DNA of 62,928 nt, counting the filler, from Stramenopiles sp. TOSAG23-3 (lineage: Eukaryota), in NCBI GenBank assembly GCA_900128585.1. It is 11 parts of 11 records of this genome, joined end to end, with 100 filler letters (N's around TTAATTAATTAA, not from the genome) between each part and the next. Parts side by side here need not be neighbours in the genome. Positions count along the whole stretch, not along the records: positions 33,114 to 41,277 come from LT643056.1; positions 41,378 to 49,538 come from LT643057.1; 9 more parts are not named here. One strand, written 5' to 3'. The notes below the pieces were generated by a model. It saw only the letters and a list, made by a program, of their open reading frames with translations, did no database searches and had not been told where the DNA came from. Positions 38,347 to 48,628 of this stretch are shown here, piece after piece (positions within the stretch are counted from its first letter, which is position 1; every line of letters begins with the position of its first letter). The position numbers and the translations under genes were made by a program.

Positions 38347-39888
38347 ATGGGTAAGCGCGTCCTAGAACTGCGTGGCAGTGGACTGTCGCTCAAGACCTTG
38401 GTATTTTTCTCACGGGCCCCTCGGGATACAATATTGATAAAAGTTTCCGCATCGTCAATAGAAAAAATGAAAACCAATAGAAAATTTGCGGAGACAGTCG
38501 CGGGTCGTGGTGACGCGGTATATGGACTTTCCGTTGGGGTAGGCGTGCGGAAGAAGACTAAAAAAAAAAGGAGCGAGCTTGTTGAGTTCAACAACAGGAT
38601 GGTCAGGGACCACAAGAGCGCGATTGGCCCAAGCCTGCCGACTGATGTTGTAAGGGCTGCGGCGATCCTCCTACTAAACACCCTTGCCGCGGGGCGCACC
38701 AACGTAAGGCCAATGCTCGCCAGTCACTTTGCCGATCGATTATCCAACGGCCCAGAACTGCAGGGCGTGCCAATCTACGGAGGCACGGGGGTAGGGGACG
38801 TTGCCCAACTACCATTTTTGATACTCGACCTTCTCCGAGGTTTTGGTGGCGAAGGAGACATTCGTCTGACCACAGGTGAAGCGCTGCCGCTCATTGCCCA
38901 AAGTAGCATAGTCGCTGCGCACAGCGCTCTTGCAATTTACGACACCGAAATATTGTTGGAAGAGCTAACAGCAAATGCTGCGTTGGATTTAGAAGCATAC
39001 TCGGCGAATCCATCACCTTACAGTGAAATGGTGGGAACGGTAAGGCCGTACGCAGGTTACCAAAAGGCACTGAGAAAAATTCGGAACTACTTGCATGGTG
39101 GGTCCTTGACGAGCAGCATTGCTAAGAAACCGAAACACTTGCAAACGCCGCTGTCGTTTCGAACCTTAGGGATTGTGCTAGGATCGGCGTTCGACGCCCT
39201 ATCGTTCTGTAAGAAACAGATCGCCGTAGAATTGAATGCCCACCAGCAGAACCCGCTGGTGCTGGAGGAAGAGGACAGGATGATGGGGTGTGGGAATTTT
39301 GATATGCAAGCGGTAGCTGCCATGCTTGACTTTATGCGGATTGCTGTGGCACCGTGCTTGACCTCCCAAACGGAACGGTCTATTAAGTTGCTTCAGAAAA
39401 GCGAAACCGGGCTGACTGATGGTTTGGAACCATTAGACGACGCAGGCGGGCACGGATTATCAGAAATTGCGTGGCCGCTGCAAGGCCTTTGCGTGGAAGC
39501 AAAATCTTTGGTGACACCGGTCAGCTGTGAAATCGGATCAAGCTCTCAGGCGGAGGGAATTGAAGATCGAATGTCAATGGCCGGGCTTTCTGCTCGTCGG
39601 CTACATGATATGGTTGCTTTAGGCTTTCGGTGCTTAAGCATAAGCACTGTCATCAGCAACCAAGCCATCGATTTGAGGAATAAAATGGAGGCCCAATTCC
39701 AACAAGGAACCGACTTGGAAGAATCGCATCGCCGGATGAGAGAACTTGTTCCGGAAATGAAGAAATTGTCCAGAGTCCCGGGCCCGGATGCAATGGAGGC
39801 GTTGTATAAAGGGCTGCAAGACGGCCTTTTGTCCAAGTGTGCCAGCAAAAGACCTGCAACCAATCGGTTGAGTCCATGCAAGTTGTAG
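38347..39888 (+). CDS. Aromatic amino acid lyase (HAL/PAL) superfamily protein lacking the MIO ASG triad (ergothionase-like); PTS1-like CKL end
   Basis: VYGLSVGVG, GGTGVGDV where GSVGASGDL is expected, QTPLSFR, ELNAHQQNPLV, GNFD, GIEDRMS; ends SPCKL. Confidence 0.9.
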   Translation: MGKRVLELRGSGLSLKTLVFFSRAPRDTILIKVSASSIEKMKTNRKFAETVAGRGDAVYGLSVGVGVRKKTKKKRSELVEFNNRMVRDHKSAIGPSLPTDVVRAAAILLLNTLAAGRTNVRPMLASHFADRLSNGPELQGVPIYGGTGVGDVAQLPFLILDLLRGFGGEGDIRLTTGEALPLIAQSSIVAAHSALAIYDTEILLEELTANAALDLEAYSANPSPYSEMVGTVRPYAGYQKALRKIRNYLHGGSLTSSIAKKPKHLQTPLSFRTLGIVLGSAFDALSFCKKQIAVELNAHQQNPLVLEEEDRMMGCGNFDMQAVAAMLDFMRIAVAPCLTSQTERSIKLLQKSETGLTDGLEPLDDAGGHGLSEIAWPLQGLCVEAKSLVTPVSCEIGSSSQAEGIEDRMSMAGLSARRLHDMVALGFRCLSISTVISNQAIDLRNKMEAQFQQGTDLEESHRRMRELVPEMKKLSRVPGPDAMEALYKGLQDGLLSKCASKRPATNRLSPCKL

Positions 39889-40089
39889 CAGGGGGGTAAG
39901 ATTGTTTTCGAGGACGATCCATCACACAATTTTTGTACAGAGCATCGGTGCGCATAAGTGGCAGAAAGACAAAATATATTCTCATAAAACAGTTTAAAGA
40001 GGTGGTAGTAAGACGTAAAAGCTAAACGGCATGAATCAGAGATAAGGAGTTGCGTTCGTATTTTGCTTTATTAAATAACAACGTGGGGC

Positions 40090-40863
40090 CTAGTTCCCCC
40101 TAAACGATAGCAGCCTCCCCGCGGCTTTTCTCCCTTGCACGTCGTTCGTTACCTCCTCTGGATCCGGAGGGACCGCTGCATCTGGTACTGCGAAACTCGT
40201 CTGGGTCGGGTTAACGGCAACATAAACTAAAATTGCGGCAATGGCAAGCACGACCAAAAGAAGAAAGACCCAGACGAGCTTGTCGGTCATCACCCGTCTT
40301 CTCAAAACATTAACCGCTTTGGAGGCTCGCTCTATCTGACTTTGAATGTTTCCTGCTTTCGTAATGATCCGATTCAACTTTTCGTTGTTCTCGTCGAGTT
40401 GTTCATTAATTTTCACACCTGTCTGCAAAATTTCCTGGGCCGTTGTAACGGACGAGTCTGCAAGTTCCACGTTCTTCTTTGCTAAATTAACGGTTTCGTC
40501 CGCGATATCTTTGCTGGTCAGGTCCTTTTTTCTCTCCGTCCCCATTAGCTCGTTTGACTCGATCGCGGTCCGCAGCCAGTTCAGCTGCTTGACTATCTCT
40601 TTCTGTCGTGCCATAAATTCTCGATGAAGCTGCTTGGCCTCTTCCCTGTCCGCACCGTTTCCCATGGAAAGGTATGCCTTCTTCATCTGCAAAAGAACAT
40701 CCTTTAAACGCTTTAGTTTACCGTCACTCTTGCTGTCTATTTTTTTAAATAATTCTTGCTTCTCCCTTTCAGACATCTTTCCCCCCCTCATCTTTTGGAC
40801 CGTCCCTTCCAAGTCTTCCACCAGCCGTTCCACCTTCTCTTGGTAGTACGAATAGTCCGTCAT
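40090..40863 (-). CDS. Qb-SNARE (NPSN/VTI1-like)
   Basis: Likely start MTDYSYY; N-terminal helical bundle, SNARE heptads, RRVMTDKLVW followed by a C-terminal TM. Confidence 0.82.
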   Translation of the reverse strand: MTDYSYYQEKVERLVEDLEGTVQKMRGGKMSEREKQELFKKIDSKSDGKLKRLKDVLLQMKKAYLSMGNGADREEAKQLHREFMARQKEIVKQLNWLRTAIESNELMGTERKKDLTSKDIADETVNLAKKNVELADSSVTTAQEILQTGVKINEQLDENNEKLNRIITKAGNIQSQIERASKAVNVLRRRVMTDKLVWVFLLLVVLAIAAILVYVAVNPTQTSFAVPDAAVPPDPEEVTNDVQGRKAAGRLLSFRGN

Positions 40864-42649
40864 GTTGCCAAAGGAGCCCTTGTATATAAAACCAACGTTG
40901 TGTCCCAATGATTAGAGGCGAGGTTTTGAAACAATCTACGATTCTAATGCGGAGGTTAGTATTTGTAAAGAATATCTCACTGTTAACTCGTATGAAATAA
41001 TGCAATTGACGGAAACAAGTTAATTCATCCCTCGTTGCATTTGGCATGATTCGTTGTAGTAGTAGGTAGTATTTAATAATGTACCAAGGTAGTAGCAGCA
41101 TCATCCTCAGCATCATTACATAATACCGAAGAAGGAGATAAATAAAATCTGCTGCTGCTGTGGATGTGGATGTGGATGGGATTATTTATTATTATTTATT
41201 TAGTCTAATTGTCATCTATCTACGGTATCCTATACAAGAAGAAAAAATATTATATAAATAAACAACAACACAACACTNNNNNNNNNNNNNNNNNNNNNNN
41301 NNNNNNNNNNNNNNNNNNNNNTTAATTAATTAANNNNNNNNNNNNNNNNNNNNNNNNNNNNNNNNNNNNNNNNNNNNTTCTTCTTCTTCTTCTTCTTCTT
41401 CTTCTTCTTCTTCTTCTTCTTCTTCTTCTTCTTCTTCTTCTTCTTCTTCTTCTCTCAATTTTTGTTTTTGTTGTTTTTGTTGTTTTGTTGTTGCTCTTCT
41501 CGCTTTCGCACCTTCCTTCTCGTCACACAACTCACAACAACAAACAGGAACACATCATTAGCATCGGCACATCACGATCGGAAGGGGAAAAGGCAGCATT
41601 TTGAGGAGAAGAAAAGATGCTCTCCTTCTTTTTCTTCAAATATTTTATAATATTTTTATTTTTATAAAGAAATAAATATTTTGTGTGAATGAGCAACGTT
41701 CACATTTGTTTTATTATAGTAAAATAACGATATTAATATGATATTTATATAGGAAGGAAGGAAACAAAAAAAATATTGAATTCCCTTATTATTGTATTGT
41801 GTATCATTATAAAAATATTTGGTTTTGTTATATTTATAGGCATGTTTTATTAATTCATATATTAACTCAAGTACGAAGTATATTTGGAATATAAATAATG
41901 AAGCCCTTCTTCCTTGTTTGTCTTTTGTCTGCCACTTCGGTTTTTAATTTCTTACTTACGAGTGTTAATAATAACTGCGCAACTTGGCCGGACCTTTCTT
42001 CTCTTGGTTTCAAAAACTTTTACAGTTTCTGGAAATATGATTTTGTAAGTGTTTTATGTCGTCTCGGCCACGATCCCAGAAGTATAAGAAAATAAAATAA
42101 GCCTTGCCTACTTTATAAATTAAACAACGTAAACGAACTGGAGTGGACCATTAGTGCTTTTTGCGAACAGTTCTTCTTCGAACAACTTTAGTAATTTAAA
42201 TAATAACAACCGCATAAAGAAGGAAGAGGAAGAACGATTTAAAATAAAAACAGTCCTGCATTCCTTTCCTTCCTTCCTTCCTTCCTTCTTTGACGTTAAT
42301 TATTAATTTGCTTCATTTATTATAAAATATCAAACTACAACAAGCAAACGACTGAAAAGTGGAACAGTAGGAACAGTAGGAACACAGTGAAAGGGATTGG
42401 TCAATACTATTCACCCCGACAATCATTATTATTACTACTAACTTCGATGCTATTTCCCTACTTTTCCTCTCCTCATCGTCTCGTCTCTTCTACTTCGTAT
42501 TTCCTATTCTTTGCTCCATTTCTTCAAGTGGCTTCCGTGCAACACACGGTCGAACCAACGAATAACAGTTTCGATTCCACAAAAGAGAACACCGAGTTTA
42601 GTTTTCTACCGGATTACGTTTGTAATACTAACACTCCTGACTTCATAAC

Positions 42650-44353
42650 ATGTCGTATTCCAACGTTACTGCAATCGACGTGTCATCCCCATCGGGTGCA
42701 GGTGCGGCACCGCCGTCTCCAACTGCTAGTAACACCCCCACTCTACCGAAACTGGCTTTGGGCAGTGCCTCGAAAGGCACTCGAAGGCGAAGCAATAAAG
42801 TAGCGGAGATGCAACAGTATTTAAAAGAATTAGAAAAATCGCACGCCAATACACGCAGTCTTGTAGCAGAAATTAAAGGCCCCCCCAAGCGCGACAGAGC
42901 CACTCCAACTCGGAGCCGCCGGAGAAGCACGCACAACTACGACAATGCCCCCGAGTCGCCAAAACCCAAAAAAGTTAGCCCTAGCCACAAAATGTGGGTT
43001 GAATCCCTCGAACGTATGAGAGACAAGCCAAAACATGTCCCTGTTCGAGATATGGGCGTGCAGAATGACGAGCACCACCGGCTTGCCAAACGATTGGCAA
43101 CGCTCGACTTTCCCCTTGAAGCTTGTATAGAGGCACTTGATAAAAGCGATATGGACATACAGAAATCTGTCAACTTACTTTTAAAATGGTATCCCAAGGG
43201 AGAGGGAGGGCGTTCGGCTGTTCAGAAACTACTGAGGGTATTGATAGGAGCGGAGCGAAAACTTGAAAGTATGCGGGGGAAATTGAAAGACCTGTACCAC
43301 CCCGAAAGAGGAATGGGGTCCCCCAGCACTGCGGCGCGAACAATCTTTTCACAATTTGACACGGACAACAGTGGATTCATCGATGCGTCTGAATTTAAAG
43401 CAATGCTCAAAGGCGTTGGTGTTACCATGAGCAACGACGAATTCTTAGAAGCTCTTCGAATTTTAGATGAGGACGGAAATGGTAAGATAGAAACAGATGA
43501 ATTCATACATTGGTGGCAGACACAAACGGGAACGAAATTCAAGGAGATGCCATTAGATTCGGTGTTTGGCCATGTAGAAGAGGAAGGCAAGAAACTTCTG
43601 AATTCGGAAAGGGCCACCTTGTTTCTGTACGATATTGCTGGCTCACAGCTGTGGACACGCCGCTCTGCTGGGTCAAGCCTTTTTGTCGTTCCACCGGGAC
43701 AGTCGTTAGCCCATACCGTCGTGCTGACTGGAAAATTGATAAATATCGCTGATGCGTCCAGCGATAACCGTGTTTCACAGGCGAAGTACCCTGGTGCGAA
43801 GAGCATAATTATCGCTCCCATCACCAAGCCCGGGCGCAATCACGACGTGATTGGTGCAATTGAAGTTGTAAACAAGCTCTGGGGAACGCCCTTTTCTGAA
43901 CCCGACGCGGCACGTTTGCGGAAGCTCTGCGCGCAAACAAGAGTCGGCGTTGAAAAATGCCTGTCGCAACTGAGGAACTGTAGCCCTGTGCGGCCCCCCA
44001 AACCGTTGGCGACCCTTGGAGACCTAGGGTATTCGTCACCCCAGCGTGACGTAGAAAACGATCGCCGGAACAGGGCAGTGACGTTTAATGTATCGCAATT
44101 GGGTTTCCCGGCACTAGGAAAGAAACATATTTTGCCATCGACGATGGCAAAAATACAAGGGCTGCTTGACGAGTACGATGAAGAAAATGACGTCACCTCT
44201 CCAATAAAAACCCAATTAAAAAAGTTAGAAAAAAAATTATCGATGGTGTTAGAAGCCGAGGACGAAGCTGGCGTTGCGGGAACGGGAACCCCTTCCAGAG
44301 AAGATGCCCAAGACTGGATGTCAAGGCTGCGGCAAATCGAGGGTCGTGGATAA
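42650..44353 (+). CDS. UBA-like + EF-hand pair + GAF domain protein
   Basis: LATLDFPLEACIEALDKSDMDIQKSVNLLL (UBA); DTDNSGFIDASE and DEDGNGKIETDE (EF); LNSERATLFLYD..IGAIEVVNK..FSEPD (GAF, NKFxxxD type). Confidence 0.88.
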   Translation: MSYSNVTAIDVSSPSGAGAAPPSPTASNTPTLPKLALGSASKGTRRRSNKVAEMQQYLKELEKSHANTRSLVAEIKGPPKRDRATPTRSRRRSTHNYDNAPESPKPKKVSPSHKMWVESLERMRDKPKHVPVRDMGVQNDEHHRLAKRLATLDFPLEACIEALDKSDMDIQKSVNLLLKWYPKGEGGRSAVQKLLRVLIGAERKLESMRGKLKDLYHPERGMGSPSTAARTIFSQFDTDNSGFIDASEFKAMLKGVGVTMSNDEFLEALRILDEDGNGKIETDEFIHWWQTQTGTKFKEMPLDSVFGHVEEEGKKLLNSERATLFLYDIAGSQLWTRRSAGSSLFVVPPGQSLAHTVVLTGKLINIADASSDNRVSQAKYPGAKSIIIAPITKPGRNHDVIGAIEVVNKLWGTPFSEPDAARLRKLCAQTRVGVEKCLSQLRNCSPVRPPKPLATLGDLGYSSPQRDVENDRRNRAVTFNVSQLGFPALGKKHILPSTMAKIQGLLDEYDEENDVTSPIKTQLKKLEKKLSMVLEAEDEAGVAGTGTPSREDAQDWMSRLRQIEGRG

Positions 44354-44493
44354 GGCCAAACGCACACGCCTCTAAATATTAAATATTTACGAAGTACGAC
44401 ACAATATTTTAAAACAACCTGGGCACGGTGCATTTATAATTCGTATTTATATTAAATTACAGTGGTATATGGGGGACACATATATACTACGTA

Positions 44494-45927
44494 CTAATTA
44501 CTGGTAGCCGCGAGCGTGATTTTTTTCGGGGCAAAATTTCCTAGCTTTTCCCCAACGAGTGTTTTGTCGCATACTGCCCATTTTGAGTTACATTCTTCAA
44601 GGGTTGTGTACGGTGTCTTTAAGCAGGAGTGATGCTCTGTTTTGCATTTAATCATGTTCAGCCTAGTTTCTAACGGGTGGCACTCTCCAGGGCATATTTC
44701 CTCAGAGCAGTAATGAGTATGCTTCAGCCATAAACACAAACCTTCGTAAAAATTAGGGGAATGCTGCGTTTTGTTGTGTTCTATATTTTTGTCTATTTTT
44801 GTTTTGTTTTCGACGCTATCAGCACGTGCTACGTTCACATCCTTATATGCCATCTTCATGGCTGTATTTAAATCTTCGTCACCTTCGCGATTTGACCTCT
44901 TTATGTCGTCGCGCAGTTCTTTGTACGTTTCCAACGTCTCAATAGAGGAGTTGTATGTGGTTTCCAAGGCATTATCGTAAAATCCTCCCATGTGCACATC
45001 TGTCGCTACACCGCGAAGTAATTGGCTAGCCTCGTCGCCCAGGTGCCGTAGTGCGTCTGCTGCCGCCGAATCAATGTGTCTACGCACTCCAAGGTGGAGG
45101 CGTTGAGACCGCAAAATTTTTTCCGCCGTTTTGTCGTGGGATTCCGGGAGCTCAGCTTCCAATGCGTGTTTCATTACCTTGTCTAAGTCGTCTTTGGACT
45201 TTTGTTTTGCTTCCTGGTTCGACAATCTATCTCTTCGGTTTGCCACATTTAATCTATTAACTATATTTTCGATGTCACGAGCGTGTCTTCCCAAGTCCGG
45301 TTTCGAAACAACGGGTTTCTTCACCGCTTTCCCGAGAAATTCCGCGTCTTCGCGCGCTATGTCGTGGAGTTGCTTGAAGACACCGCCCTTTGACAGTCGT
45401 TCATGGTCGCTTTCCTTCACTTGCTCTATTTCATCGCGCAGTTCGGTCATATAATGCCCCGTTGCACCGGTCATATAATGTCCCGTTGCACCGGTCATAT
45501 AGTGTCCCGTTGCACCGGTCATTGCCATACCCAACCCCGTGCTTCCCGTATTACTACCCCCGGTTGCACCCGTCTGCCATAGATCAATACCATACGTCCC
45601 TGAGGCGTCCTTCCAAACAGAATCGGAAGGGCCGGTCACACTAGAGCCCCTGGAGGCACCAGTTGAGCCAATAAGAGCAGTCGGGCCAGTTAGACCAGTC
45701 GAGCCGGTAGCTTCTTCAGTTTCTTTTTCCGCCTGGGCAACCACGGCATTCTTAACCGCATCTACGTTTCCTCGTTTGGGACTATTCAAGCGCTGGTTAG
45801 GAGCATCTAAATTCCCCAGCAGCGCATCCGCCTCTTTATCCAACGCTTTGTCGAGATTAGGCAACTGCCCGAATGTGCCAGTAACCAGCAAAAACAGGAC
45901 GTAAAGCTGCAACCCCTTCACAATCAT
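44494..45927 (-). CDS. Secreted protein with Gly-X-Thr (TGATG) repeats and a Cys-rich C-terminus
   Basis: Signal peptide MIVKGLQLYVLFLLVTGTFG; TGSTGLTGPT; (MTGATGHY)3; Cys cluster at the end. Confidence 0.82.
   Translation of the reverse strand: MIVKGLQLYVLFLLVTGTFGQLPNLDKALDKEADALLGNLDAPNQRLNSPKRGNVDAVKNAVVAQAEKETEEATGSTGLTGPTALIGSTGASRGSSVTGPSDSVWKDASGTYGIDLWQTGATGGSNTGSTGLGMAMTGATGHYMTGATGHYMTGATGHYMTELRDEIEQVKESDHERLSKGGVFKQLHDIAREDAEFLGKAVKKPVVSKPDLGRHARDIENIVNRLNVANRRDRLSNQEAKQKSKDDLDKVMKHALEAELPESHDKTAEKILRSQRLHLGVRRHIDSAAADALRHLGDEASQLLRGVATDVHMGGFYDNALETTYNSSIETLETYKELRDDIKRSNREGDEDLNTAMKMAYKDVNVARADSVENKTKIDKNIEHNKTQHSPNFYEGLCLWLKHTHYCSEEICPGECHPLETRLNMIKCKTEHHSCLKTPYTTLEECNSKWAVCDKTLVGEKLGNFAPKKITLAATSN
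45444..45522. repeat. In-frame 24-bp tandem repeat, 3.3 copies, encoding MTGATGHY
   Basis: CGGTCATATAATGCCCCGTTGCAC units. Confidence 0.92.
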
Positions 45928-46636
45928 CCTGTTGCGGGTACGAACACTCAGCTAACAAGATCCTTTGTAGAAAAAAGAGATCACGATTAGTACCTCAGCC
46001 TTTCCTCAAATCGGTACAAGATGAACCGAACTCTTCGAAATGTAAATCTGTCGTGGAAATTATCTCATACCAGCAATCTGATCCTTGGATGATAATATTT
46101 CTAATCCCAATCCTGTATTTATTTATCAATAGATGACTAAAAAGAATGTGGCGTTTAACCTATTCCCTCCTTTTTTGTTTTTATTCAATGGTAGTTCCAG
46201 GTACAGATATTGAGATCTTCTTTTTATACTGCTCTAGCATATGATAACCCCCCCCCCCCTTCCATCAAAGGACCTACAGTTTCTTTTCTGTTCTTCCTCC
46301 TCATTTCAGATTTTACTAGTACAATAGAGATAGCATTGGATTTTAAATATACATTTCATATAGGAATAGATAGTAACAATGGTACTAACTATGGTATACT
46401 AACATATATAGATAGTCATTTGTTATTTAATATCTATTAATCCAATTAATACATATACAATCAGTAGTGTGAAGAAATGAATTTTCAGTTGTTGATTATT
46501 GATGATGATTTGCTTAGTACTACTACTAGACCTACAATAAATATTTTAATAATATTTTATTGTATATAATAAAAATGAAAGTTAAGACCTTTCCTTTATT
46601 TTCAGCACACAAAGCACAACCATCGGATGACTTTGC

Positions 46637-48628
46637 CTATTCTCGTAAAGCCTTCATCAAATTCTTGTACTTTAGCGAACATTCTTTCAGCAAGTCCTGC
46701 CCATGCCCTTTGACCTTCTTTTGTTCCTCCACCAGCGCTAAAAATTTTGCTTTCTGCTCCTCACTGCTCGCCTTTCCAGCTGCTTCCAAATACTCTCCTT
46801 CCAACGTCATGGCATCACTAATTTGGGTTAGAATTGGGTTACTTTCATCCAATTGCGATCCAAATATGGCCACCTGCTTTTCTGCTTTCGCGGCTGCTTC
46901 GGCATCGCCGCGTGCTCTTGCTTCTTTGATTTCCCGCATTGCTTTGGACACTTCGATAGACAGGAACAGCGTGAGGAAGTTTCGAATTCCGAACCCGCCA
47001 CATCCTGGCTTGATTGGCTTGCACGTCCCGTCCTCATTTTTCTTGTCGGAGCATAAGCGCTGAATGAATTCAAGAAACGGGGCTTCTTCGCCCCCGTTTC
47101 GTTGCAAAACGCAGGAAGTAAAAATTTGGTAGAGAAGGTCCCCGCCTTGTATGTCGACCAAAATTTTGTTCCGCACAATTTTTAAGTAAGCCTTTTCATC
47201 CAGGTGGTCCTTCAAGAGTTTGTAAAGGTTGCAGTACCGAGACGCTTTGATGACGGAAGCAATCTTGTCCGTCTGCGGCGTACGTTCGCTTTCGATACAC
47301 AAGAGCGCATCGGATGCCTCTTCGTCGCTGATGTCTAATTTGACGATTCCGTTTATGTCCATCAGATTTTTTTCCATTAATGCTTGCATTACCATGTCTG
47401 CCGTGTCTCCCGTCAGCTCCGCCTTTTCTTCTAAATCTGCCTTCGCCAGCCGACCGTAATACGACCGTGGGATGTTTAAAAACGAAAACCCTTCCCCCGT
47501 CATGGTGCGGTAATCGTTCGCTCGTTGAATAAAGGAAGGCAAATCTTTCACTCTGCTAGCAATGTGCTGCACGCCTTGCCCTAGCTCTTCCAAGAACCAG
47601 TGGACGTGGCCAACGCTACTAAGGGCATTGTTGATGGGCAGGTATACCTGGGACTGGTCCACTAGGGCCTCGGCAGTATTCACGGTTTCTAAAGTGGTGC
47701 TGTTGCCAGTTACAGTACTTTCAATTTGTGCTTCCCCCGCCGCAACGACGCCTGCGTTGAAATCCACCTTTGGGGTAAAGCCTAGCGTGTCGTTGAGCGT
47801 GTCCAAAAACCCTTCCCTTGACACCACGTTGCTTACCCAATGGTCGCAGTATGCCGGCAAGCAGGTAGAGTCGTACTCTGCTTTCTCGCGGCTGAATCCT
47901 GGGAGGACGAGGTTGTCCACGTTCTTGGACCGGTCAATCTCGAGGAAGCGGATGATCGTTCCCGAGTCAGCATCCGTCACTTGCTTGTCCCCCTTGTAGT
48001 ACGCAAACACTTCCAGCACGCGAAATCCATCTTCGGGGTAATCCATGATTTCCCCAGAGGCAATCAATTTCGGGTGCACCCGCTTGTAACGGGAGTAGAT
48101 GGTGTCTAGGCCGCCCGTGCCAAGCTCAAAGGAAAGGACTGCAATGCCCTGCTTGCCACCGTGAGCGTCCGCGAAGCGGGTTAAGTGAGACGCGTTGAAA
48201 TGGTCGTACGCTTTCCCGCCGGTCTTCTGTTTCTTCTCGGATGGTTCGCCGGACGATTTGCAGGTAATGATGAATTGGACCCCACACTGGTCAACGGAGC
48301 GGACGCACATCGACCTTGTGGTGCTTCCTATGTGCTCGCCAACGACTCTCCACCCGACCCCGTGCAAGAGTTGGGTTACCAAGTCTTGCCCTTGTGAAAT
48401 ATATTTGCTCGGGTCCACGGTTTTCCCGGTCACCTGGGTCCACGACTTGGTACCAGCGGCACAATCACATTTGTCTTCCTGATCGCCCTTTGTGTACGAT
48501 TTTGCAAAACTATTCAGCGACTGTTCCATTTTTTTGTACTCCTCCAAGGGTTTGATGTCGTCGACGTACATATGCAAGTGGTGGAACTTGAACGACGGGA
48601 TCGCGGTTTGCTGCTTCTGGCCTGCCAT
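46637..48628 (-). CDS. HPPD: 4-hydroxyphenylpyruvate dioxygenase family protein (long form)
   Basis: DHWVSNV, GVQHIA, LYQIFT, PFLEFIQR, GCGGFGIRNFLTLFLSIE; His/His/Glu iron ligands present. Confidence 0.85.
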   Translation of the reverse strand: MAGQKQQTAIPSFKFHHLHMYVDDIKPLEEYKKMEQSLNSFAKSYTKGDQEDKCDCAAGTKSWTQVTGKTVDPSKYISQGQDLVTQLLHGVGWRVVGEHIGSTTRSMCVRSVDQCGVQFIITCKSSGEPSEKKQKTGGKAYDHFNASHLTRFADAHGGKQGIAVLSFELGTGGLDTIYSRYKRVHPKLIASGEIMDYPEDGFRVLEVFAYYKGDKQVTDADSGTIIRFLEIDRSKNVDNLVLPGFSREKAEYDSTCLPAYCDHWVSNVVSREGFLDTLNDTLGFTPKVDFNAGVVAAGEAQIESTVTGNSTTLETVNTAEALVDQSQVYLPINNALSSVGHVHWFLEELGQGVQHIASRVKDLPSFIQRANDYRTMTGEGFSFLNIPRSYYGRLAKADLEEKAELTGDTADMVMQALMEKNLMDINGIVKLDISDEEASDALLCIESERTPQTDKIASVIKASRYCNLYKLLKDHLDEKAYLKIVRNKILVDIQGGDLLYQIFTSCVLQRNGGEEAPFLEFIQRLCSDKKNEDGTCKPIKPGCGGFGIRNFLTLFLSIEVSKAMREIKEARARGDAEAAAKAEKQVAIFGSQLDESNPILTQISDAMTLEGEYLEAAGKASSEEQKAKFLALVEEQKKVKGHGQDLLKECSLKYKNLMKALRE

